Shown here one piece after another: positions 39,429-51,205 of a stretch of DNA of 64,000 nucleotides (positions are counted from its first letter, which is position 1; every line of letters begins with the position of its first letter). The DNA is taken from contig CAWIIB010000001.1 of the NCBI GenBank assembly GCA_963836075.1, positions 1,344,001 to 1,408,000 of the forward strand, written 5' to 3'. The stretch is from an uncultured Acidobacteriota bacterium. GTDB taxonomy: Bacteria; Acidobacteriota; JAQAZP01. The notes beneath the pieces are model-generated. The model saw only the letters and a program-made list of their open reading frames with translations. It made no database searches and was not told the DNA's origin. A program made the position numbers and the translations under genes.

Positions 39429-41591
39429 ATGAGCAAGGCGAAGCGTACAGCGAAACGTTCCGCCGCGCCGCGAGCATCGGGTGCGGAGGATCCACCTGAC
39501 ACCGGGAAACCGGCGCCTGCGGTCCCCACCGGCCGGAGACTGCCCGGCCTCTCGCTGCTGCTGGTGCTGCTGGCCGCCCTGCTGCCCTACCTGAACGGCC
39601 TGGGCAACGGCTATCTGGACATTGACCGGGAGCTGTTCGTCGGCAGTCCGCACGTCCAGGGGGCGTCAGCCCCGGGCTATTTTTTCACTGCCGATTTCTG
39701 GGAAAAACAGAACCAGGGGCGCAGCAACCGCTACCAACCGCTGGTGATGGTCTCCTTCGCCCTCAACCACCGGTTGGGCGGCCTCACACCTTACGGCTGC
39801 CACTTCACCAACCTCCTGCTGCACCTGCTGGTCTGCCTCCTGCTGCTCCTGGTACTGCGTCATATCCTGCCCCAGCGGGGACTGGCCCTGGCCGCCACCC
39901 TGCTCTATGCCCTGCACCCGCTGCACACCGAGGCGGTGGCCGCAGTGAGCGGCCGGGTGGAGCTGCTGTCCGCACTGTTCCTTGTGGCCGCGTGGCTGAT
40001 GCACCTGGTCGCCTGGACGCCTGGCGACGAGCATGACAGCGGAGGGAAAATGGACCGGCGCTACCGTGCGCTCCTGGTGCTCAGCGGGATGGGACTGTTC
40101 ATGCTCGCCCTCTTCTCCACCGGCAGTGCCCTGGTCCTGCTGCCGGCCGTCCTGCTGGGCGATCTGCTGCGCTACAAACCGGCGCCGTCAATTCCGGTGA
40201 ACAGGAGTGATGCTGAGGATGATTTCTTCACCCCGGACCGTCGCCCGCTGAAACATCTGTTCGGGGCCCCGTTCCGGTCTCTCTCACCGTTGCCCTGGGC
40301 GGGGTACGGCGGCCTGCTGGCCGTCCTTGCCGGCTACCTGGCGGTCCGCATCCGGGTGCTGGGATCGTTCCCCGGCCAGGCAGCCATTCCCCTGCTCGAC
40401 AACCCGCTGGCCGCGGCGGAAACTCCGGTGCGGTTGATGACCGCGGTGAAGGTGCTCGGAGAGTATCTGCGGCTGCAGTTCTGGCCGGTGCACCTGTCGG
40501 CCGACTACTCCTTTAACCAGGTGAAACTGGTCACCTCCACTACCGATCCCGGTTTTCTCGCCTCTCTGGCAGCCTGCCTGGCCCTGCTGGTTGGAGCTGT
40601 CGCGCTCTGGAAGATGGAACGGGGCCGCACCCCGGCATTCGGCATCCTCTTCTTTTTCTGCACCGTCGCCCCGGTGTCCAACATCCCCTTTCCCATCGAC
40701 ACCATCATGGCCGAACGGCTGCTCTACCTCCCCTCGCTCGGCTTCTGCCTGGTTCTCGCCTCGCTGCTCGCCCTCTTCACCCGGGAACTGCGCGGAACAA
40801 CTCCCGCAGAGGAAGAGCACCTGAAGTCCCGCCCCTCGCGGCGCTGGATGGTGATCGTGCTGGCCTCGCTCATTGCCCTGGGATACGCCGGCCGCACCAT
40901 AACCAGAAACGGGGACTGGCTCGACCAGCAGACCCTGCTGCTCAGCGCGGCCAGGGTCAGCCCGGACAGCGCCAGGGTTCACGGGGACCTCGGCATCGGC
41001 TATTTCGAACACGGCGACTACCCACTGGCCGCCCGCTCGCTGGAGCGGGCCCTGGAAATCCTGCCCGACTACCCCATCGTTCTCTACATGCTGGGCCGCA
41101 CCCGGATCGAGCTGGGAGAACTGGAGAGCGCCCGGGAGGCGCTGCTCCGGGTGGCGGAGCTCCGCCCGGAGCACCCCGAAATCCTGCTGGCCCTGGGCGC
41201 GGTGGATTTCCGTCTGGGCCGCCTGGAGGACGCGACGAATTATTTCCGCCAGACCCTGGACATCGCCCCCGGGAACCGCTGGGCCATGGAAAGCCTGGGG
41301 ATTTGCCTCAGCCAACGCGGCCTGTATCAGGAGGCCATCGAGGTATTCAGGTCCTACCTGGAACGGCATCCCGACGCCGCCAGCGGCCACTACAGCCTCG
41401 CCTCCGCCCTGGCCCTGGCCGGGCGGCAGGAGGAAGCGGAGACCGCCTTCCGCATCGCCCTGGACATCGATCCGGCCCACCAGGGCTGCCTGCTGGGCCT
41501 GGCCGACATCTGCCGCCGGACGGACCGGGAGGAAGAGGCCGCCGCACTCCGGGCCCGGGCCCTGGCCCCCCCCCCTGACGGCCCCCGTTGA
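39429..41591 (+). CDS. TMTC-like (DUF1736-type) membrane protein with TPRs
   Basis: YQPL, NLLLH, LHPLHTEAV..VSGR, DNPL, WPVHLSADYS, MAERLLYLPS, RNGDW; TPR tail. Confidence 0.82.
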   Translation: MSKAKRTAKRSAAPRASGAEDPPDTGKPAPAVPTGRRLPGLSLLLVLLAALLPYLNGLGNGYLDIDRELFVGSPHVQGASAPGYFFTADFWEKQNQGRSNRYQPLVMVSFALNHRLGGLTPYGCHFTNLLLHLLVCLLLLLVLRHILPQRGLALAATLLYALHPLHTEAVAAVSGRVELLSALFLVAAWLMHLVAWTPGDEHDSGGKMDRRYRALLVLSGMGLFMLALFSTGSALVLLPAVLLGDLLRYKPAPSIPVNRSDAEDDFFTPDRRPLKHLFGAPFRSLSPLPWAGYGGLLAVLAGYLAVRIRVLGSFPGQAAIPLLDNPLAAAETPVRLMTAVKVLGEYLRLQFWPVHLSADYSFNQVKLVTSTTDPGFLASLAACLALLVGAVALWKMERGRTPAFGILFFFCTVAPVSNIPFPIDTIMAERLLYLPSLGFCLVLASLLALFTRELRGTTPAEEEHLKSRPSRRWMVIVLASLIALGYAGRTITRNGDWLDQQTLLLSAARVSPDSARVHGDLGIGYFEHGDYPLAARSLERALEILPDYPIVLYMLGRTRIELGELESAREALLRVAELRPEHPEILLALGAVDFRLGRLEDATNYFRQTLDIAPGNRWAMESLGICLSQRGLYQEAIEVFRSYLERHPDAASGHYSLASALALAGRQEEAETAFRIALDIDPAHQGCLLGLADICRRTDREEEAAALRARALAPPPDGPR

Positions 41592-41652
41592 CGCTACCTG
41601 CCGAGTCCGATATATTGCCTAGCTTCAACTTGTTAAATGGGTGGGAGGCGGG

Positions 41653-44139
41653 ATGATGGTGCTGATAGTCGACGAGCGATACGATCCGCGGGCCTTCGAA
41701 TCGAAGTGGCGCGAGAAGTGGCTGGAGACCGGTCTGTACAACGCTTCCAGCGATGACGACCGGCCCAAGTATTACTGTCTCGACTTCTTCCCCTACCCCT
41801 CCGGGGCCGGTCTCAGCGTGGGCCACTGCCGCAACTACGTGCCCACCGACGTGATCTGCCGCTACCAGCGGATGAACGGCCGCAACGTGCTGCACCCCAT
41901 GGGCTGGGACGCCTTTGGCCTGCCGGCGGAGAACGAGGCGATCCGCCGCGGTCGGCACCCCTCGGAGACCACCCGGGAATACGCCGCCAACTACCGCCGC
42001 CAGATGGAGCTGATCGGCGTGGGCTACGACTGGAGCCGCGAGATCAACTCCAGCGACCCCGACTACTACCGCTGGACCCAGTGGTTCTTCCTGCTGCTGT
42101 ACCGCCGGGGCCTGGCCTACCGCACCTCGGGCTACCAGTGGTGGTGCCCCGACTGCAAGACCATCCTGGCCAACGAGCAGGTGGAGGCCGGCAAATGCTG
42201 GCGCTGCGGCGAGACGGTGACCAAGAAGGTACTGGACCAGTGGTACTTCAGGATCACCGACTATGCCGACCGTCTGCTGGAGGGCCTGGACCGCATCGAC
42301 TGGCCCGATCGGATCAAGATGATGCAGCGCAACTGGATCGGCCGCAGCGAGGGGTCGACCATTTTCTTCCCCCTGGAGGGGCACGAACCGCTGGAGGTCT
42401 TCACCACCCGGCCGGACACCCTCTTCGGCGTCAGCTTCATGGTGCTGGCCCCGGAGCACCCGCTGGCGGGCGCCCTGACCACCGGGGACCGCAAGGCCGA
42501 GGTGGAGGCCTACGTTGCCGAAGCGATGAAGCAGCAGGAGATCGACCGGCTCTCCACCGAACGGGAGAAGACCGGTGTCTTCACCGGCAGCTACGCCACA
42601 CACCCGATCACCGGTGAGCCTGTGCCGGTCTGGATCGCCGACTACGTGATCATGACCTACGGATCGGGCGCGGTGATGGCGGTGCCGGCCCACGACCAGC
42701 GTGACTTCGAGTTCGCCACGAAGTTCGACCTGCCGATCAAGCCGGTGATCAAGCCGCTGCAGGGCGAGCTGGCCCAGCCGCTGGCCGAGGCCTTCCAGGA
42801 ACCGGGACTGATGTTCAACTCCGGCGAGTTCGACGGGCAGCCGTCCAGTGAGGGCGGCCAGGCGGTCACCGCGAAACTGGCGCAGCAGAAACTGGGCCAG
42901 GCGGCCATCACCTGGCGCATGCGTGACTGGCTGATCAGCCGCCAGCGCTTCTGGGGTGCACCGATCCCCATGATCCACTGTGACAGCTGCGGTATCGTGC
43001 CGGTGCCCGAGGACCTGCTGCCGGTGAAACTGCCCGAAATCGCGGAGATCAAGCCCAGCGGCACCGGCCGTTCACCGCTGGCCAATGTTCCGCAGTTCGT
43101 GGAAACCAGCTGTCCGAAGTGCGGCGGGCCGGGGCGCCGGGAGACCGACACCATGGACGGCTTTGCCTGCAGTTCGTGGTATTTTCTCCGCTTCACCTCG
43201 CCCCACACCACCGACCGGCCGTTCGACGAAAAAGAGATGACCTACTGGTCCCCCGCCGACCTCTACGTCGGCGGCGCCGAGCACGCAGTGATGCACCTGC
43301 TCTACGCCCGCTTCTGGACCAAGGTGATGTTCGACGAGGGGCTGGTGCCCTTTGACGAGCCGTTCCCCCGGCTGCTCAACCAGGGGATGGTCCACGCCGA
43401 AGACGGCTCGAAGATGTCCAAGTCCAAGGGCAACGTGATCAGCCCCGACTCGGTGGTGGACAGATACGGTGCCGACACCCTGCGGACCTACGAGCTGTTC
43501 ATGGCCCCCTTTGACCAGCCGGTGACCTGGAGCGACCAGGACATCAAGGGCGTGCACCGCTTCCTCTCCCGCATCTGGCGTCTGGCCATGGAGGCCGGCG
43601 ACCTGGCCGCCCTGGACGATGCCGGGATCGATCCGGCAAAGCTGGAGCCGTCGCCGCTGGCCCTGTTCAAGGAGATCCACCGCACCGCGGCCCGGGTCAC
43701 CGCCGACATGGACCGCCTGGCCTTCAACACCGGCATCGCCGCGATGATGGAACTGCTGAACAGGATGTATCTGCACCACGAGGCACACGGCATGGACCGC
43801 GTGCTGCGCCAGGCGGTGAAGATGCTGGTGCTGCTCACCGCGCCCATGGCCCCGCACATGGCCGAGGAGATCTGGGAGCGGGCCGGCGGGGGCTACAGCA
43901 TCCACCAGCAGCCCTGGCCCGTCTTCCGCGAGGAGATGCTGCAGCGGGAGACCTTCCAGCTGGTGGTGCAGGTCAACGGCAAAAAGCGCGAAGCCCTCGA
44001 CGTGCCGGTGGACATCGAGGCCGACCAGGCGAAAGAGCTGGCGCTCAACACCGGAAAGGTCAAGTCCCACATCGAGGGCAAGACCGTGCTCAAGGCGATC
44101 TACGTCCCCGGCCGGCTGGTCAACATCGTGGTGAAGTAA
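41653..44139 (+). CDS. leuS: Leucine--tRNA ligase
   Basis: FPYPSG, MGWDAFGLPAENEA, FTTRPDT editing domain, DWLISRQRFWG, KMSKS, VVQVNGK, LVNIV. Confidence 0.97.
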   Translation: MMVLIVDERYDPRAFESKWREKWLETGLYNASSDDDRPKYYCLDFFPYPSGAGLSVGHCRNYVPTDVICRYQRMNGRNVLHPMGWDAFGLPAENEAIRRGRHPSETTREYAANYRRQMELIGVGYDWSREINSSDPDYYRWTQWFFLLLYRRGLAYRTSGYQWWCPDCKTILANEQVEAGKCWRCGETVTKKVLDQWYFRITDYADRLLEGLDRIDWPDRIKMMQRNWIGRSEGSTIFFPLEGHEPLEVFTTRPDTLFGVSFMVLAPEHPLAGALTTGDRKAEVEAYVAEAMKQQEIDRLSTEREKTGVFTGSYATHPITGEPVPVWIADYVIMTYGSGAVMAVPAHDQRDFEFATKFDLPIKPVIKPLQGELAQPLAEAFQEPGLMFNSGEFDGQPSSEGGQAVTAKLAQQKLGQAAITWRMRDWLISRQRFWGAPIPMIHCDSCGIVPVPEDLLPVKLPEIAEIKPSGTGRSPLANVPQFVETSCPKCGGPGRRETDTMDGFACSSWYFLRFTSPHTTDRPFDEKEMTYWSPADLYVGGAEHAVMHLLYARFWTKVMFDEGLVPFDEPFPRLLNQGMVHAEDGSKMSKSKGNVISPDSVVDRYGADTLRTYELFMAPFDQPVTWSDQDIKGVHRFLSRIWRLAMEAGDLAALDDAGIDPAKLEPSPLALFKEIHRTAARVTADMDRLAFNTGIAAMMELLNRMYLHHEAHGMDRVLRQAVKMLVLLTAPMAPHMAEEIWERAGGGYSIHQQPWPVFREEMLQRETFQLVVQVNGKKREALDVPVDIEADQAKELALNTGKVKSHIEGKTVLKAIYVPGRLVNIVVK

Positions 44140-44142
44140 GCC

Positions 44143-44913
44143 TCAGAACCGGTAGACCCCGGAGATTACCGCCGCGTTGAACCAGGCGAAGTTGTATACC
44201 TGTTCCACGTCAGCCCCCCCCTCGACGGTGCGGTAGCCGGCCGTAACCGACCAGTGATCGTTCACGTCGTACCCGAGCTTGAGGCCAAGATCGATGGCCC
44301 GGCCGGGGCCGCCGGCCAGCGCGTCCAGGTCAGTGGTAAAGTGCCACCGCTGGGCAAAGCGGCAGTCGGCGGCAAAATGCAGTAAGGGCACAAAACCGAA
44401 GTCGTCATCCTTGCTTGACGTATCTCCCTGACGGAGCTCGATCTTCGCATCGCGGATCTTGGCCGTGAAACCGACCCACAGTTTCCACCGCTCGCCATTC
44501 TTGAACCGGTAGCGGTAGGACAAGCGCCAGGAGTTGAACTGATAGGTGGCATCTGTCGGCACACCCGGCTCATAGGTCTGGCCGGCGAAGTCAACCTGCT
44601 CGTCGAGACTGCCGGTCTCGGTGTAGGCCAGCGGCGCCAGCAGCAGACGGAGGCCATGCTTCGGCTTGATGTTCCAGGTGAAATAGAGCCGGCCGGCCAG
44701 CCACGGCCCGGCGCCCACCGTATCTTTGAGCGAAAACCGCGTGCCGAGTTCGGTGTTGGGGATCTGGACATCGTTGGAAGTCTGCCAGACCGGTCCGGCC
44801 TCGAGTTCGAGGATGAACCGCGAGTCGTCCCCGGCATTTGCCGCCCCGGCCACCGCCAGCATAACCATGGCACCAAGGGCCAGGATACCAGTGAGCTTTT
44901 CGCCTGTTCGCAT
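44143..44913 (-). CDS. Outer-membrane beta-barrel protein of unknown function
   Basis: Signal peptide, alternating amphipathic strands, C-terminal YRF; GGAGG RBS. Confidence 0.7.
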   Translation of the reverse strand: MRTGEKLTGILALGAMVMLAVAGAANAGDDSRFILELEAGPVWQTSNDVQIPNTELGTRFSLKDTVGAGPWLAGRLYFTWNIKPKHGLRLLLAPLAYTETGSLDEQVDFAGQTYEPGVPTDATYQFNSWRLSYRYRFKNGERWKLWVGFTAKIRDAKIELRQGDTSSKDDDFGFVPLLHFAADCRFAQRWHFTTDLDALAGGPGRAIDLGLKLGYDVNDHWSVTAGYRTVEGGADVEQVYNFAWFNAAVISGVYRF

Positions 44914-44936
44914 ATTCACACCTCCCGAATGTGTTA

Positions 44937-45878
44937 TCAAACCAATCCCAGAATCCTCAAACGAAGATCATTGATCGAATAGCGCTGTGCGCTGTTGTGG
45001 AGGGCGGCCCGGACCCGGCGGCGCAGGGCCCGCTTGCGCAGGAAGTGGATTTTCAGGTAACGGGTCACCGGGGCGTCGATGCCGAAGTCGATGGAGTCGA
45101 AGCCCAGCTCGGGGAAGCGCTGGATAAAAAGATCCACTTCCTCCAGGTTTTGCCGCACGATGGTCATGTGGCCCCAGATCTTCAGCTCCGTTCCCAGCCG
45201 CTCCCGGGCCTCCCGCACCCGCCGGATGCACTCCAGCACCCGCTCCCAGCGCGAACCGGCGTTGACCAGCTCGTGAGTCTCCCTGGTGGCCGCGTTGAGA
45301 GAAAAGTAGACGAAATCGGAGTGGCGGGCGATCTTCTCAGCCCATTCCTCGCTGACCATCATCCCGTTGGTCAGGAAGGAGATCTTCTTGCCCCGGGCCG
45401 CGGCGTAATCGAAGAAAGTTTTGGCCGAGGGGATGAAGAGCGGCTCACCCCCCTGGATCTCGATGCTGCTGAACGGCTCGAGGTCGAGGTTCTCCTTCAT
45501 CCTCTCGAAATCGAGGGCCAACGTGTTCCTGCTGTCCTGCCAGCACATGATGCACTCGATGTTGCAGGCCTCTCCGAACATCAGCTTCAGCCGCTTCAGC
45601 TCGCCGTAGTCGATATCCAGATGCTCTTTTCGCTCCACGTCAGCGCTCTTGTCCAGCAGGGTACAGTTGCCATAGCAGGCCAGCCGGCCCTCCAAAGAAT
45701 CCCGGCGCAGCCGCTGGATCGTATCGTTGTTGCTGATGTCACGGAGTGTCTGATGGTGGATGCTGCCCAGCACTTCGGGCTGGCAGTGGCAGCAGGTGTA
45801 GACCCTGCCCTGTTCGTCGATGAAGGCCTCGTCCCACAGACGGGGGCAGTAGGTTCCGTTGTCACTGGTGCGGCTCAT
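44937..45878 (-). CDS. Radical SAM protein with N-terminal SPASM-like domain
   Basis: CPRLW...GRVYTCC...CYGNC precedes CNIECIMC, GGEP, TNG, SLNAAT.ETH. Confidence 0.85.
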   Translation of the reverse strand: MSRTSDNGTYCPRLWDEAFIDEQGRVYTCCHCQPEVLGSIHHQTLRDISNNDTIQRLRRDSLEGRLACYGNCTLLDKSADVERKEHLDIDYGELKRLKLMFGEACNIECIMCWQDSRNTLALDFERMKENLDLEPFSSIEIQGGEPLFIPSAKTFFDYAAARGKKISFLTNGMMVSEEWAEKIARHSDFVYFSLNAATRETHELVNAGSRWERVLECIRRVREARERLGTELKIWGHMTIVRQNLEEVDLFIQRFPELGFDSIDFGIDAPVTRYLKIHFLRKRALRRRVRAALHNSAQRYSINDLRLRILGLV

Positions 45879-45971
45879 GGCTGGTCTCCATCACCGGGCC
45901 GGACACAGCATCGCCGGCCGCAGTGCGGAGCATTATAGCATCGGCTCGAGATTCGTCGGCAGGTCAGGCCG

Positions 45972-47370
<1,399 letters not shown>

Positions 47371-47501
47371 GTTTTTCCTGGTCCGGCGTTATTACAAATC
47401 TCTACCCGCCGGACGCGTGGAAAAGAAAGGACCGCAACAATCGCGGCAATGTGTAGAGGCGAGAGCATACGCGATCGGGACCGGGTACGCAAGCGAAAAG
47501 A

Positions 47502-48983
47502 TTACCGGGAGGACGAATCCACATACCGCTTCGCGGTCCGTCGGTCCACGCCCAGGCGGCGGGCCACGGCTTCGTAGCTCCCCAGTTGCTGGTGCAGCAG
47601 AGCCGCGTAACGGCCCATCAGGCTCCGGGCGTCCAGCGATCCGTTCTCCACACCACTCACCAGCCGGGCCCGATGGTCCGGCGCCGGCGCCGGTTCTCCG
47701 CCGTAGCTGCCGGTGAGCAGGACCCTTCGAATGGCCTGCTCCAGCTCGCGCACGTTGCCCGGCCAGGGATAGTCCGGCGGCAGGCTGGCCGCCAGCGCCT
47801 CCCGGACCCTGGTCACCACTTCCGGGTTGGCCGCACCGGTGATCCGGGTCACCAGCAGGGTGGTGAGCGCCGCCAGTTCGGCGGCGGTTTCAGCGATCCG
47901 CTGGCGGAGGGGCGGCACGGTGATCACGTCGGAACTGAGGCGGTAGAAAAAGTCGTCGCGGAAACGGCCCGACCCCCGCAGTCGCTCCAGCGGTGTGTTG
48001 GTGGCGGCGATGACCCGGCCGCTGAAACGCTGGCGCTGGTGGCTGCCCACCGGTGAAAACGTCCGCTCCTGGAGCACCTGGAGCAGCTTGATCTGCACCG
48101 GGATGGACACCTCGCCGATCTCGTCGAGGAACAGGGCGCCGTGGGGGCTCACCCGGGCGAAGATCCCCTCGTGGTGGTCCATGGCGCCGGTAAAGGAACC
48201 CTTGCGGTGGCCGAAGAGCTCCGACTCGATGAGGTTCTCCTGGTACTGGGAGAGGTTGATGGAGAGGAAGGTCCGGGTGAAACTCTCGGCAAACCGGCCG
48301 TGCCGCGAATCGAAGGGGATGCATCCCGAGCGCCCCACCGCCGCGGCCGCCGCCCCCTTGCCCGAACCGGTTTCGCCGAGGATCAGGGTGGAGAAATCCT
48401 CCATGCGGTCCCAGAGATAGCGGTCATAGAGCGCCACGTCGTGGGTGAAGACGCTGTTCCACAACGACCGCCGCAGCCGGCGCATGCAGTCGCTGGGCCC
48501 CACCAGCCCGTGGGCGATGAAATAGAAGGCCCGGCGCAGCTGGTAAAAAAGGGCCAGGAAGCGCAACGATTCGCTGCGCGAGAAACCGCGGCCGGTCAGC
48601 TCACCCAGAAGGTCGCCGGCAAAGGGAACCGGCGCCGGCTCCTCGCCCAGTTCCAGCTGGTCGGTGATCAGGCCATCGATGCGGTCCACGTAGCGATGAA
48701 AGATGTGGAAGAGCCAGGCATACTCCACCAGACGGCGGTCCTCGCCGGTGAAACCGGTGATCCGGCCCCGTCCCTCCCGTTCCAGAGCGGTGAGCCGCTG
48801 CTCCACCGCCGGGCTGAAAAGCCGGATCCGCTCCAGCTCCGACATCCCCCGGTGGACCTCCACGCCGGCGATCCGGCTGTCCAGTTCCCGGCGTTCCGGC
48901 GTGAAGGGATTGGTCACCACCGCACGAGCCACCAGCGAGAGGAACTCCCGGTCGCCCCCTGACAAGATTGTCTTCGCTACCAT
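47502..48983 (-). CDS. sigma54-dependent activator with unrecognised N-terminal domain
   Basis: GETGSGKG, ESELFGHRKGSFTGA, LFLDEIGE, WPGNVREL, C-terminal HTH VARRLGVDRRT. Confidence 0.9.
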   Translation of the reverse strand: MVAKTILSGGDREFLSLVARAVVTNPFTPERRELDSRIAGVEVHRGMSELERIRLFSPAVEQRLTALEREGRGRITGFTGEDRRLVEYAWLFHIFHRYVDRIDGLITDQLELGEEPAPVPFAGDLLGELTGRGFSRSESLRFLALFYQLRRAFYFIAHGLVGPSDCMRRLRRSLWNSVFTHDVALYDRYLWDRMEDFSTLILGETGSGKGAAAAAVGRSGCIPFDSRHGRFAESFTRTFLSINLSQYQENLIESELFGHRKGSFTGAMDHHEGIFARVSPHGALFLDEIGEVSIPVQIKLLQVLQERTFSPVGSHQRQRFSGRVIAATNTPLERLRGSGRFRDDFFYRLSSDVITVPPLRQRIAETAAELAALTTLLVTRITGAANPEVVTRVREALAASLPPDYPWPGNVRELEQAIRRVLLTGSYGGEPAPAPDHRARLVSGVENGSLDARSLMGRYAALLHQQLGSYEAVARRLGVDRRTAKRYVDSSSR

Positions 48984-49017
48984 GCAAATAATGTATATCA
49001 AATGTACATATAATGCA
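48982..49017. promoter_or_regulatory. Candidate upstream activator sequence
   Basis: ATGYA at 48982, 48991, 49002, 49013; palindrome ATGTA-N9-TACAT at 48991-49009, about 90-100 bp upstream of the sigma54 promoter. Confidence 0.5.
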
Positions 49018-49094
49018 ACCAAACAAAGACAGACGAAAACCAGCCATTGTCGTAAACCATTGGTATTTTACAGTTAAACCCTCCAGATACCAGT

Positions 49095-49110
49095 TGGCAT
49101 GATTCCCGCT
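49095..49110 (+). promoter_or_regulatory. sigma54 -24/-12 promoter of the VIT-vWA/rhombosortase operon
   Basis: TGGCATGATTCCCGCT has exact GG-N10-GC spacing, 53 bp before the ATG, divergent from a sigma54 activator. Confidence 0.7.
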
Positions 49111-49163
49111 ATTGATGGCTTGTGAGAAGAGCGTATTCATACTAACCGAAACGGAGGTGTACG

Positions 49164-51203
49164 ATGAACAGCAGAGAAAGAAAGAGCCGCAGAAGCCGGC
49201 AGTGGATGGCCGCGCTCATTCTGTTCGCCATGTCCGTCCTGGTCTGGCCCGCGGCTGAGACCCGGGCCGCCGGCACGCTCACCCCGATAAACTCGGAGTA
49301 CCCGCCGGTGCAGATCAAGGACCACCAGGTGAACATCACCATCAACAATGGCTTTGCCATGACCGAGGTGGTCCAGACCTTCTTCAACCCCAATTCCACC
49401 GACGTGGAGGCCCTCTATTCCTTCCCGCTGCCCAAAAGCGCCAGCCTCTCCGAAGTAACCATCACCTCGGGGGAAACCGAGATCAACGGCGAGGTTCTGC
49501 CGAAGCAGGAGGCACGGGATGCGTACGAGAACGAGAAGCAGAGCGGCAACGACGCCGGCCTGGCCGAGAAGAACGAGTTCTATAGTTTCGAGTTTTCGGT
49601 CTACCCGGTACGCGCGGGACAGGAGACGGTGATCCGCTTCCTCTACTACCAGCCGCTGGAGATCGAGATGGGCGTGGGCCGCTACCTCTACCCGCTGCAG
49701 GAAGGCGGCACTGACGAAGTTGCCGAAGCCTTCTGGAGCCGCAACGAAGTGGTGGAAGAACTGTTCAGCATCAACGCGGAAGTCAAGTCGGCCGCCCCCC
49801 TCGACTCGGTGCGGGTCCCCGGTTTCAACGGCGCCGCCGTGGTGGAGAAAAAGGCCGAGGAGCACTACCTGGTATCGCTCCAGGAACAGCATGCCACCCT
49901 CGATCGCGACTTCGTCCTCTACTACCGCCTGGTGCCTGACCTGCCGGGCCGGGTGGAACTAATCCCCTACCGCGCGTCCCACGACGGCCCGGGCACCTTC
50001 ATGATGGTGGTCACCCCAGGCATGGACCTCCAGCCGATCACCGGCGGCGCGGACTATCTGTTCGTCCTCGACACCTCGGGCAGCATGAACTCCAAGATCG
50101 GCACCCTGGCCAACGCGGTGAGCCAGTCCCTGGGTAAGCTCCGTGGGGACGACCGCTTCCGCGTGGTCACCTTCAGCAACAGCGCCAAAGACCTCACCGG
50201 CGGCTGGATCAACGCCACCGAGCAGAACGTGCTCCACTATGCCCGAGAGGTGGAGTCGCTGCAGTCCGATGGCGGCACCGACATCTACCGCGGCCTGAAG
50301 CTGGCGCTTGGCGACCTGGAAGCGGATCGGGCCACCAGCCTGATCCTGGTCACCGACGGGGTGACCAACTGCGGGGTGGTGGACCCAAAAAAATTCCACC
50401 AGCTGATGAAGCAGTACGACATCCGGGTCTTCGGCTTCCTGCTGGGCAACAGCGGCAACTGGCCGCTGATGCGCACCATCTGTGACGCCAGCGGTGGATT
50501 CTACGCCGGTGTGTCCAACGCGGACGACATGGTGGGCCAGATCATGCTGGCCCGGAGCAAGATCACCTGCGAGTGCCTGCACGACGCCTCGCTGAAAATC
50601 TCCGGGGTGAAGGTCTTTGACGCTTCGGACGAGATGCTGGGCAAGGTCTACCGTGGCCAGCAGCTGGTGATTTTCGGCCGCTACGACCAGGGCGGTGAGG
50701 CCCAGGTGACCTTCAAGGGCCGGATGACCAGCGGGGAGAAGACCTACCGTACAAGCTTCAGTTTCCCCGACATCGACGAGAGCTGCCCCGAGGTGGAGCG
50801 GCTCTACGCCCTCAACCGCGTGGAACATCTGGAAGACATGGTCAACGCCGGACTCATTGCCGGTGACGAAGCCGATTCGGCCATCCGCGACCTGGGCCTG
50901 GCCTACCAGCTGGTGACGGACCAGACATCCATGGTGGTGCTCAGCGACGAGACCTTCGAGAAACTGGGCATCGACCGGCAGAACCGCCGACGGATCGAAC
51001 GCGAACGCGCGGCCCGGGCCCAACGCGCCGGCCAGACCCGCTCGCACCGAGTGGACACCAGTTCCCCGATGTTCAAGCGCAACTCCCCTTCACTGGGCGG
51101 CGGCGCCTTTGACCCGCTTTCCGCGGCAGCGGCCCTGGGGGCGGCACTGCTCTCTGTGGCCGGCTGGCGCCGTTCCCGCCGCAACAACGTAAAGAGAGAC
51201 TGA
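49164..51203 (+). CDS. Exported VIT + vWA domain protein with GlyGly-CTERM tail
   Basis: Signal peptide; VIT (QTFFNP..EALYSFPLP); MIDAS DTSGSM, GGT, LVTDG; C-terminal GGGAFD + TM + WRRSRR. Confidence 0.9.
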   Translation: MNSRERKSRRSRQWMAALILFAMSVLVWPAAETRAAGTLTPINSEYPPVQIKDHQVNITINNGFAMTEVVQTFFNPNSTDVEALYSFPLPKSASLSEVTITSGETEINGEVLPKQEARDAYENEKQSGNDAGLAEKNEFYSFEFSVYPVRAGQETVIRFLYYQPLEIEMGVGRYLYPLQEGGTDEVAEAFWSRNEVVEELFSINAEVKSAAPLDSVRVPGFNGAAVVEKKAEEHYLVSLQEQHATLDRDFVLYYRLVPDLPGRVELIPYRASHDGPGTFMMVVTPGMDLQPITGGADYLFVLDTSGSMNSKIGTLANAVSQSLGKLRGDDRFRVVTFSNSAKDLTGGWINATEQNVLHYAREVESLQSDGGTDIYRGLKLALGDLEADRATSLILVTDGVTNCGVVDPKKFHQLMKQYDIRVFGFLLGNSGNWPLMRTICDASGGFYAGVSNADDMVGQIMLARSKITCECLHDASLKISGVKVFDASDEMLGKVYRGQQLVIFGRYDQGGEAQVTFKGRMTSGEKTYRTSFSFPDIDESCPEVERLYALNRVEHLEDMVNAGLIAGDEADSAIRDLGLAYQLVTDQTSMVVLSDETFEKLGIDRQNRRRIERERAARAQRAGQTRSHRVDTSSPMFKRNSPSLGGGAFDPLSAAAALGAALLSVAGWRRSRRNNVKRD

Positions 51204-51205
51204 GC

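Noticed and set aside
39415-39430. sigma54 promoter TGGCAC next to the GAF activator
   Set aside because: The -12 position is GA rather than GC and it overlaps the predicted start codon
41566-41575. C10 tract as a phase-variation switch
   Set aside because: Lies in the last few codons of the gene, so slippage would barely alter the protein
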